Positions 26,501 to 38,500 of a stretch of 64,000 nt of DNA are shown here, in pieces. The stretch covers positions 165,143 through 229,142 of the forward strand of contig NMRA01000407.1 in NCBI GenBank assembly GCA_002633005.1, in the 5' to 3' direction. The stretch's first letter is position 1. Every line of letters starts with the position of its first letter. A model generated the notes under the pieces. That model had not been told where the DNA came from. It was given only the letters and a program-made list of their open reading frames with translations, and did not search any database. Source of the DNA: Phoronis australis. Lineage: Eukaryota > Animalia > Phoronida. The position numbers and the translations under genes were made by a program.

Positions 26501-29500
26501 GTGGACAACAGAAAACAACAGAAAACGGGTGACGATTCCCATGCATGTAGAAAAAGCGCGGTAGGGGGATACACATAGCTACTTGTACTAACAAAGGAGT
26601 AGGAGGTGGACTTGGAGATATACCTTATTCTGACTGTACAGTACAGGTATCTTCGATCCACGTCTAACCTGCTCTTTCGAACTTGGGTTATCCTGAAAAC
26701 GGCGAAAGCCGAGGCCTACATATTTTGTTGCGAAACTTGTGCCGCGTTCAAAAATCACTGAACAGTTGTCGTTCCTGCTTTAAAAGATTTTCAAAGTGAC
26801 ATTAAATTCGTACATGTGTTTTACTTTAAGCCACTACCTTTGTAAAACTCGACTTGTTCGTTAACGCGACTAAAATGGGAAGGAATGAGAGTTCGTTATT
26901 TTTTTCAGAGCAAACTCGTACATGTTCAGGTTACAACGCAACCTTAAATTTCATGAGTTTGGTCTGAAAAAATAACGAACTGCTAGTTCTTCCCGAATTC
27001 AGAGACCACTTGTAAACTGAATAAGGAACAAGACAAGACCAATTTTAAAACGATAAGTGACGTAAACAAAAAGTTGTTCGTTAGCAGAAAGCATGGGTTT
27101 AATTTTGTTTTCTTGTGAAAAGAAACGGCTCACAAGACGCACTCAACACGTGAATGCAAATGGAAGACCAGGTGTTTCTGGCATGGGAAACTTCGCATGC
27201 GCGCACCAGTCGAGAGGGATAGAACGAGCCCCCNCCCCCCCCATATTAAAGGCTGGGTGCGCGCGTGCTTCGTTGTAATTAATAAAATACGATGCAGGTA
27301 AGAGACCTCATTTAACAGATAATACATTGTCTTGTAAACTTCATTGTAACGGATGATATGTAATAATCCAAAGTTACACCATTTAATGTTAGGGATAATA
27401 TACTGACCGAAGATGGAGAAAGCATTTGGGTGGTCTTCAGAAGGTAAACAAGGCAATACTCCACGGCCAGCAGGCCCGAGTCTTGGGCCGCCGACACTAT
27501 GCGGTCCACCAGCTTGTCCACGCTTGTTTGCTCAGTGAAGATCTCTTTGGCTAACACCAATAAAAGCTGTAATGAGTAACGATGGAAGTCTTGCAATAAA
27601 TAAACGGGCCATTATGAAGGAGGTGTGGAGCTTTGATGAAAGTGACGATAATAGACGAGTTGCTGTTTTTTGTCGTTGCCTTTATTTTCTTGTCAGCGGT
27701 AGTTGTGGTGGTGTCGGTGTTAGTTCAGGTGATGTTAGAGATGGCGATGGCGAAGAAGTGGCAGTGCTGGTGTTGATGATGACGACGATGATGATGATGG
27801 TGATGATGACGATGATGATGATGACGACGACGATGATGGTGACGGCAAGCAAATACCACAATGCTTGAAGCATAGACCGCTGCAGATGTCAAAAAGGGGA
27901 GAAACAAATATCCAAGAATGCAATATTCAATGCAACTAGCTACACAGTGCAGAAGCACTCCTGTTACACCCAATGCTGCCCTAGAGTTTTCTCTCTAAGC
28001 CGAAGAGCAGCTGAGCAAGCTTTTATTTGCCCTTGACCTGATTGAATATCAACCCAAATACATAAAATACATGCATTACCTGAGTACCAATCACCCTGAT
28101 ACCTGGGAAAAGATGCTAGCAGGCAACATTTCAGTCAGGAAGAATGATGTTCTCCGGGCTCGCCGGCATTTTGAGCAAAGTCAATTCAAGAATGGAAGAG
28201 TATTATAGGCAACATGTTCTCTACAATTCTGATTCAAATAGACGGACTACAAGACATCCACACTACACACAATGAATAGAGTTATTAGTATACGTTACAA
28301 AAGAGATTATCAGTCAGTTTGTCTTGTAGACAAAATCAGATGGTACTTGGGCCAAGTGAATTGTCAAGAATCGTGACGTTATTGGTTCCGTCAAGGTAGC
28401 CATACCGACACATAGAAATCTATTTGCTGCTAAAGATAACAAGATACACGTACACTGCAATTACTCATGCCTACATCACTAAAAGGGGGAAACCTACAAG
28501 CTCGTAATATCGCTTGCTTTTTGGCGAGGTCCTAGCGTAACCGGGTAGAGTTCAGTAACGCTAGGACCTCGCTAAAAAGCAAGACTTCGCGAGATTACGT
28601 GAGACTTTGCCGTGCATTTTAAATGAGAGCACGTGATTTTGGCTGGATTTTAGTGAGGTCCTAGCGTTACTGAACTCTACCCTGAACTGTATCCTGACGT
28701 GATGCTAGATCACGTGACGGTTAGTCTGGTCAAATAGGAAGTCTAACCACGTTGGCCGCCGCCATTGTTGTTTCGTCATAGGCGGACTTAGGGGGGCAGG
28801 GGGCCCGCTCCTCCCCCCTTGGCTGCCGGAAGCAAAACGAAATAACAGCAGCGCGAAGCGTGAGGAAATATTGACTCCAGTAGGCAAGTAAGCAGGACCG
28901 GTAGCCGACGAGGGGGGAGGCTTGGACGGAATCGTGATCCCGTTTTTTTTAGCCGGTCTACCGATAAATTTCCTGAACAAAGGGTCCACATCCCCGGCCC
29001 CCGACACCCACAACTTTCGGACCGCCTGCGCGCATACAACCATGCTTTGCCCAATGCCCCCGAGGCAACATGTTGGGCCCCCGTTATGGTATGCTAGGTC
29101 CGCCACTGTTCATGGACCGTGAGCGATATCCTGGCGGGCGATTGCGATGAGGAAGTACGGAAGCACTCGAGACGTTGACGATCATATCCGATTTTGTTTT
29201 GTGAAATGCAAAATTCAAAATTGAGACTATAAAATATGAACGGTGTACTGGAAAAATACACACAGAGGAGAAAACTTGAGTAGATCAAGAATAAATATGA
29301 TAGCGAATCCAATGAAAATTACGGGAAATACATAGCAGTGAGTTACTAAACGATGGTGAGACGGTGGAAGCTGGCAATTGAATGGTGACCAGGTACAGAT
29401 CCTGCAAGATTTTGCGCAGGGACAGAAGTCTAGGAAATAATAAATATACATGTAGGATAGGCCCGCTGAAGGCACGCGCAATAAACGCTACATACTTTCT

Positions 29501-32500
29501 AAAAACTGCCCTCTTACAAATCCAAAGAGGGGTCCAGGGGTTCTTGTGTTTTAAAAGTTTACTCCTTACGACATCCTATAATCGAGATCTGGACCTCTGG
29601 ATTCGTGCCTGTTGGGATCTTAAACGTGCAGCTAATGGGGTCAGTGAAATTGGGGGAATCGAAAAAGGCGGTTGAAAATCGGTGGGGTGGAATTCTTGCC
29701 AGCAGTCCTGTCAATCCGTATCGTATGCCATCACCCCACCCCCAAAAACAGCCGAATCCAGTTGCCTGTTAAACACATAGTCCATTTGGGGGCAACTTTT
29801 TCTGATGCCCCCATTTCAGTCTCATATATCAGGTATAAGCTATTTTTATCAATTCAGGCTACTTAATTGACTATCAGTCGTTATTTAAAGACATATTCAA
29901 GTCTACATTGGTGGATAAAATTACCTTCTTCAAAGTAAATGGCAAGCCATTTATTAAACGAAAAATAAAACCCATGAGTTTCGTTACGACCACAGAAAAT
30001 AGACGTGTTAATTTACATTATTTCCGACTTGGCAAAAATCAAAACAACAAGACTGAGGATATTGAGGGTACCGAGGCAACATACATATTACGACTCAATG
30101 TTTTGAGGCTAAATTGAAACAATCGACGTCGTCACTGGGTGTTATGGATTTTCAACGTAGTACACATACTACCAATGTACCCGCCGATGCAGGGATCAAT
30201 ATACCTTTAAAGGAACATTTTCGTCAAATTGAACGAAAATTCACTAATGCCTTTCCGAGGGATTGTGGGTAACACAACAGTTGGTNGTGTCGCGCGCTAG
30301 CGTCACGCGCTTCGCTCAGTCTCGCGCTAACCTTGCGCCTACTCCTCACGGGATTCAGTTGACATGTTTTGTGGTTATCGCGCACGCGGTGATAAAATTA
30401 ACGGCAACCAAAATAATGGAGTTGTAATTCTTCGCCAAAGTCAACTTAATTCTCACAACTAAGCTTCATTAAAGATATGTATAGAAGTAGAAAGGACCAA
30501 TGATGAAAGTAAGCGTTTTTTAAATGATAGTTTTAAGTGTAGATTGTATTTTTGACGAGGTGAAAACTCGAAATCGGTAACCCAAATCCGGTCACGGCCC
30601 GTTTAAAATACACTGGAGTAACGAAATGAGTACAGAAAGCGAATGGAAGTATTGTAGCCCCTACATGGCCAACCGAGGGGCTACGTGTTGCCTACTATAG
30701 ATGGCCCTGCGTTCGTTTGAATGCGCTAAATTTCCGCTTACTCCCAGGTCTCCTAATGTTGTTTATTCATTTTTCACGAAGTTCTTGGTTTGCAGGGAAC
30801 ACATACAAACTCAGATTGTTATCTCTCTTGTTGTTTTTGAAGCAGCCAGGAACACAACAAGTGTATCCGCTGTAAGTTTTCTTCGCGCTCATACCGCGTA
30901 TTATGCTTGTTACTATGGCCGCTTTCGGAATCCTGACCACAGCACCCACAATGCACCGTTTTAACCTAATTTCAATATGGCGTCGCTGCAAATCCGCTAT
31001 TGAATGGTGACCAGGTACAGATCCTGCAAGATTTTGCGCAGGGACAGAAGTCTAGGAAATAATAAATATACATGTAGGATAGACCCGCTGAAGGCACGCG
31101 CAATAAACGCTACATACTTTCTAAAAACTGCCCTCTTACAAATCCAAAGAGGGGTCCAGTGGTTCTTGTGTTTTAAAAGTTTACTCCTTACGACATCCTA
31201 CAATCGAGATCTGGACCTCTGGATTCGTGCCTACTGGGATCTTAAACGTGCAGCTAATGGGGTCAGTGAAATTGGGGGAATCGAAAAAGGCGGTTGAAAA
31301 TCGGTGGGGTGGAATTCTTGCCAGCAGTCCTGTCAATCCGTATCGTATGCCATCACCCCACCCCCAAAAACAGCCGAATCCAGTTGCCTGTTAAACACAT
31401 AGTCCATTTGGGGGCAACTTTTTCTGATGCCCCCATTTCAGTCTCATATATCAGGTATAAGCTATTTTTATCAATTCATATTCTACTTAATTGACTATCA
31501 GTCGTTATTTAAAGACATATTCAAGTCTACATTGGTTGATAAAATTACCTTCTTCAAAGTAAATGGCAAGCCATTTATTAAACGAAAAATAAAACCTATG
31601 AGTTTCGTTACGACCACAGAAAATAGACGTGTTAATTTACGTTATTTCCGACTTGGAAAAATCAAAACAACAAGACTGAGGGTATTGAGGGTACCGAGGC
31701 AACATACATATTACGACTCAATGTTTTGAGGCTAAATTGAATCAATCGACGTCGTCACTGGGTGTTATGGATTTTCAACGTAGTACACATACTACCAATG
31801 TACCCGCCGATGCAGGGATCAATATACCTTTAAAGGAACATTTCCGTCAAATTGAACGAAAATTCACTAATGCCTTTCCGAGGGATTGTGGGTAACACAA
31901 CAGTTGGTTACTCGTTGCATGTATTTTCGAGTTCGTGTTTTCATAAACACAGCACCAAAACTCTAATTATTTGTTTCAAAAGTTCACTAATTGGTCAAAT
32001 TTTTAGTGTTTTGATTTCTGAATGTCTATTTTCCGTGACCAGTAATACGAAGTAAGTTTCGTACAATATACACAAAGTACGTAGACTGAGGTTACAGATA
32101 ATCTTTGAAGTAGCTGAAAGTTATGTCGTGGTCTTAAAAACACCAACTTCTTCATAGGTGCATTTGCTCTTCCAAAGCAACGTTATAACATTTTTATTCC
32201 GCTTAAAATTGAAATTGCATTTTGGTTATAATTCATAGTCTAAAATTCCCTCCAGCCATATATTGTCTAACCCGCCGTGACAAGCGACTTAAACGGCTTG
32301 GGCTGAATCAACAACGACCACCCATTTCTTCACGAGCCCAGAAAGCTATACAAATTAGTATATCAAATTTGCCAGACAAAGGCACAGATCAACAATAGGC
32401 CTACAATGAACTGCATCCGGTGAACAGTGCAATCAATAGGGAAGCTGAATGGGCTGAGTAAGCTTTCAAGTGTAGGCCTACCCTAGAAAAAAATCTAGAG

Positions 32501-35500
32501 GTTTTAAGAATGTGTGCGATATATGACATAAATTTCCTACCTGATTTGTCTTATGGTTCATTTCAGACATCTCGAATAACTGAGCGTTGTGTAGACCGAT
32601 GCCGCAAAACGCCGCGTAGGATTGAAAAACCTGGTACAAAACACAGACAAGGGTAGAGCATTTCAGCAACAGATTTATCAACTGTGCAATGTGCTTAGTT
32701 TGATGAATGTTTTCTGGCTCTAACGTTTGTCAGGTACATAACAAACATATGAGGTGTGCGATAGCTTTGTCGTAAAAATAACTGAACAGCATTTGCCATC
32801 GCGTTTAAATTACCATAGGAAGTAAACAGACAAGAGTAATTCTAGTCTGACTTTCGACCATGACGTCACCACTAGAATCTTCAGTTATCAATTTATTCAA
32901 ACACCTTCGAGCAACATGCCTCCACAAACACACATTGGTGTTCTATGCAATATACTATGGCAACCGCCACAAATACATATTTCTAGCACTGCTGCCGGCC
33001 GATGTTCTAGTAAAGTACTGCTATCGGCCGTTGTTTGTTTGTTTGTTGTTTCCTCGCAGTGACCCAGTGTGACGTGGAAGACTACTTCATCTATCATTTG
33101 ATGTGCCTGTGTTTTACTTTTGTATTGCGAAAGCATTGCTTAGGACTATCCGGGTAGACTAATGAATTCAGAATAACAAAAATACATTGAAGGAAGACTT
33201 TAAATAGAAAGAGAATCACAAAGCATCAAAGTTTGGAGGTAAATTAAATGTTTCAACACTAATATTGCTCAAGAACGTATGCAATTAATTGACATCTGTT
33301 TGTAGCACCTATAGGCCTAGTACTTTGTTCTCAAGTATTCACTCTGGTTATTTCACTGCCGTGTATGCACGTATTCGTAACCACTGAGACCCATGCGGCT
33401 ATATGTGTATCCAAAATAATGCATTTAGCAAATAGAATTGTTGACTCAAGCGTTTTGCATATAAGCGTTTGCTCTTAAGTGTCACTTATCAGCGCAGGTG
33501 GGTTTTCTTTGTACAGACGCACACAAGTACTTTCCTAGGAATGCAAGTCACGTACGTCCTCTACAAAACCACAGAAGCATGCTGTTGCGAAACACTTTAT
33601 GAGCCTTTTGACAGCAAATGTCATTCAGATAAGATCCGTTCTGTTTTATACAAGTGGCCCAGTTCAACGTCTAGATTTCCAAAATTAATTGTTAATTGAA
33701 AAAACACTTGATTTTGCATTATGTTGGGAAAAATATGTATGATTTGCATAAACCAGTAAAATCGGTGAAAATGCCATTACTTTTCAACTAAGAGTTGTAA
33801 ATGAAATGCGTGTACATGAAGTACTTCTAGCAGTCGATTATACAAACATACAGTGTATGTTATTCGCAGGATTATTCGCAACATTCCATGATGTCATTGA
33901 CTGACGATACATCAGAAATAAGAAATGAGGTGTATGGTTTTCTCAAATGGTTAGTGTGCAGGCGCATGCGTCTTATTCCGGACGTAGCCTCATTTTCAAT
34001 TATAGGCGCATGGGCCAAAATACGTGCGTTTACAGTACATGTGTTCTGTTTGCATGATTTTAGAGCAATCGGGCTTTAATCGATGCCACATTGCATTGGA
34101 ATACGTTTCGAAATGTCACTTAGTTTTAAAAGGACTCTAAATACGATGACGAAACCTGTACATCCTGCTGCGTGAACACGTGGTCGGAAAAGTCCTCGCT
34201 TTCATTGTTTTTATTCATCACCATTGCCACGCCCAGAACCTCGTTGTCGCGGTTGAGGATGGGCATCGCCAAAATGCTGTGCGTGTGATAGCCGGTGGTA
34301 ACGTCGACCTCCTTGTTGAATCTGGAGTCCTGACAACAGAGTTAACACGTTCTATTGTACTAGAAATTCGCCGTCTATCAAATATCGCTATTATAAATCT
34401 TGTTTCAGCTTGATTCTTCTCGCATTAGAAGTGGATCTGAACTGACAGTTCGCTGTATGCTTTTTGAAGTCAAGGTTCAACAAGTTGCCTTGAACCGGCT
34501 GGTCATTATAGTCCACTGAGCCGAACATACATGTGGGTATAATAACAAACAGTCAAGAAAACTGCTCATCCCGAACCCTATCCAAAAGCACTTCTAATAT
34601 GAGTTAGCAAAAAGCTGAAGCCTGCTTCATAACGGCAAGTTGCCTAAACCAGGGTTGCTGTTTCTCGTAGAGGGCGGGTTTGTAGCACCATTAAAATTGT
34701 CAGTTTTGGTCAGAGTATACATGCGCATGAAAACGTTATATCACCGTAGGCCTTTTGATTAGCTCTGTAATTCTCATGCATTCAGAGCACTGGTGTAGCC
34801 AAAAGGTGAGATCAAACGCGAAATTGCTGATGACCGAAGGGTGCTGAAAGAAGAGACAATCTGATGGCATTTCGCAACGATCAGGTTTTGGCGAATGCAA
34901 AATTGAAATGAGTTTCGACAAAGGAGGGCATTTTTGTAATAAATATGGAGAGCCATAGCCCAATTTCATACCTTCCACCGTGGTTACTAGTGCATTCAGG
35001 TAACGTCGCTTAATTTAGGAATACTGAATTAATTACTGTGGTAGGTTAAATTACTTTCAAAAAAAGGAAAACATGCTTTTCAAGCGCACACATAAATTGC
35101 CCAAACTACTCCACCAAGACCCAAAGTTTGGCCCTCGTAGAAGGGCGCGGAGAACTAATAAAGAGCTTCTCCGGGCTACACACTAAATGTGAACGTAAGT
35201 GTGCGAGGTCACCATTTTACGTCACATAACAGTGTTGACCTACATTCTCAAATTTAATCTTGTCACACAGCCTCGTCCGCAAGTCTCAAGATGACACTGA
35301 TCGGTTTAGCTATTTGAGGCTTGGTTATGGGAAATTATATGTCAGAATTCTGAATTTCCCGCAAATCGCAGGAATATCACGATTAATATGTTTTTGAAAT
35401 TTTCTGCAGTATTACATAGAAATGAAAACTGACGGTATATTGCAGCAATTTAGGTATAAATTATTGCAAAAATGATGTATTTTGAATTGAAAACAGATTA

Positions 35501-38500
35501 GTTTCTGTGATACTATTTATAAAAAACAGGTGAAAATAAGTACTCGAACAACCTTTATTTCAAACAATAACCAAAACAATGCCTTCTGTTTCCGGCGTAT
35601 GAAGCTCCTACATGAGTTCCTATAAGAGTTTCGCTGTCTCTACTGGCGCCAGCTAGAGACGATGGTCACTGCCTAGTAACAACTTGAAGACAACCGATCT
35701 CGCGTCGGTTCACAACGTGGGTTTTAATTGCCGAGTTATCGTGAAAAAAATCGTTTGTACAAGTTCTTCCAGTCTCTGAAAGTTCGGTCTTCCAGGAGAC
35801 GGTGTAGTTGAGTGCATTTGTCTTACTCGGTTAAATGTTTGAATTGTGACCATTGTTCTGAGGCCCTAGTCGCGTTGCTGGTTTTTCTCAGGAAAACTAC
35901 AGTAACTGTAATCGAACGGTAATTTGTGACTCATGTCCTACAACATCCCATGCTTCAATTAGAAATATCGAAAGCAAACAGGAATAACTGAGAATTAAGC
36001 ACAAAACCTTTTTCCGCAGTTTTGCTTAAAGTCACTTTTGGGGTCAGAAAAACTGACAATTATGAAAATTTTTATACCTGGGATATTGATAGTTTTTACC
36101 GGGGCAGAATATAATGCTGTCACCTGAGTCGTTCATAGCTTTGACCCCTTCCCACCTGTTTCCGCACCCGCGCCCTCTTCTGGCGCTATGACCTCTGGTG
36201 ACTCACGCGTTTGCGTCCGCGTTGAAGGTGTAGTGGAGGCTCTTTAATGGAGCACAACGCATACGCAAAAGTGACTCTGTGACCTTTGGCTACTCTCTCA
36301 TTCGCGTTTGACTTGTAGCCGAAACTCTCTGCTATCGTTCAGGGTAAACTGGGATTGACAAGACTACTGTATGCATATATCCCGTAGCGCGCTGTTGCAG
36401 CTGCTGTTGCCACCAGCTGCCCGTTTCTGCTGCTGCTGCTACTGCTGCGACATTAGTGAACATAAAACAACGTAATATAAATTGCGTTAGTTTGGTTTGT
36501 ATACGTACGACTTTTTGAATAAAGGGGTCGTCACGAGCGTCCTAAATGACAAATTGCACTATTCTTTCAAAGTGGGTCAAGAAAAATCATTGCATTTCGG
36601 TAAAACGTAATGACACTGAAATAACATTGACTTTTAATGACACGTGACGTGGGAGCGTAAGATCACTTTCCTGTCTTAAGTCACTTTTCATGAAGCAGGC
36701 CTCGACACAAGGTCTCTTCTTTTTACTTGAAATCGAACTTGAAAATGTTTTTGGCATTTCATTCTACTTGAACACGATCTCAAAATTATTTTCTGTAATT
36801 CTATGATTGAGTATACTGTGGCTTAGACGGATGATCGTGTAATCCTATTTTGCACTTGATGACCCCAGAAGTAAAGCTATAGATAAGTTCTAATCTGAAC
36901 TCGAAATATCGAACTTTACCTGAGTTTGTATCAAGAATCTTGGGGCCATCAAGTGCGAAGTGGACACTCATTCGATACAACATTCGTGATTTCCGTACAA
37001 CGTTATAATGTGTACAAAAGTAGAGCGTGTGAAAGGTTTTTGGCGTTAAATGGGATCTTCCTCTTATTTGACGGAGTTTTGAAGAACTCGGTCTGTTTTG
37101 AAATAGCCTAAAACCATACAGGCGTACGCACTGAAGATCAGTTTTTTCCTCCACAGTGACCATTCACCACTAACTTCAGTGCACTTCGTATTCAAACGAT
37201 TAATCGTCGAATTTGAAATTATTTGGACATATTAACCTCCTTGCCACTTCTTTAAAACTTGGAGAAAACTCGTCTCCAATCAACACACTTTTTAACCAAT
37301 CGTATCAATCTTGCTTTGAAAGCCAGAGCAATTGAACATGTTCACTGAACTAAAACTCAGAGTGAAGTTTCGCCTCGGCTCGTCGCCAAAACGAAATGCT
37401 GTATGTTATTGTCAAAGGCATTAGTTGTGTATTGCGAGATTTGTCGTAGTGGCCTTGAGAACTAATTCTTAATCCGAAGTGTGTAAACTCGGCGATTTTA
37501 GACGCATTTTGAATACATTGAACAGGAGATGCGATGGGGACGATTGCCAAGACATCAGTACCTATCCACATAGCCCCGGAGTTTGACGGGAAAGCCTAAA
37601 TATTTCAATTTATTCAAAAATAAAAAATCCGCCAAATACGTTGCAAAAATTATGAATACTGTGAGTATTAATGTACATGATAACGTCACACGGAAATAGA
37701 CGAACTTCATATCGAATGAGCATGCTCATCTACGTCAAAGTAGAACGGAAAATTTCTAAAAAACAATTTCGATTAAGATTTCAAATAGACCCTGAGCCCT
37801 GATTGCATAAAACTTCAGAGCTTTTCATCTGGATTAGTTTGTTGCATGACGTGAAAAACATGTCCAAAAGTAGCACTGTAATGCGTGTGATGATGCGACG
37901 TCACTGTTGTTTATCAGCGTGTAGCTTTTATGTAACCGGAAGCTGAAGAGCGTTCCGTAGATCAGGAAGTCTTGCTTTTTAGCGAGGTCCTAGCGCTAAT
38001 GAACGGGAGGCTGGTTTCTGCGAGAAAAGCAAGATCTTGCAAGACCAAGCAAAATCATGTGAGTGAAAAGCTGGTGTGAGAGTTTTCTAATCCTATCGTA
38101 AAAAATGGCAGTCGCTGTCGTGGTTCAAATATTGAATTGAATCCACTCTTTCCGTTACAAAACTGAAGAATTTTCGCCACATGTGCAGGTTATCTTGGTA
38201 CCTGGGCATTAGTTTCAAACTTAGGACTGCAATGTCACATAATTCATTAACAACATCTCACAAAGCGCACGTACCTCGTAAGCATTCTTAATGTTGATAT
38301 ATTCTTTAGTCTGAGCAGCGTGCCCCACTATCCCCTTGCCAAATGGAATACTGATTTTGTTATTCTGTGGAACGATGGAGGACTCTAGCGAAGAACCCTC
38401 ACGTACGTCGAAAATGTGCGACTCCAGTGTCTTCTTCCCGCCTTTGTCGCACGCCAAAAACAAGCTTCCCCTATCGCTGTTTGTCAATAAATTGACATTG

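Noticed and set aside
23227-27973. Low-complexity ORFs (poly-Ile, poly-His, poly-Met, poly-Ser), also at 45200-45415 and 58708-59043
   Set aside because: Products of trinucleotide and dinucleotide microsatellites
18913-30769. TGA at the conserved Trp of two THAP relics as evidence of an alternative genetic code or recoding
   Set aside because: The same relics carry other lesions, other THAP relics and the PDE use TGG, and TGG to TGA is a single common transition
36207-36452. GC-richer stretch with CAG repeats and a gtgagt donor as an alternative first exon
   Set aside because: The only open ATG frame ends in phase 2 while the next exon needs phase 0; no other support
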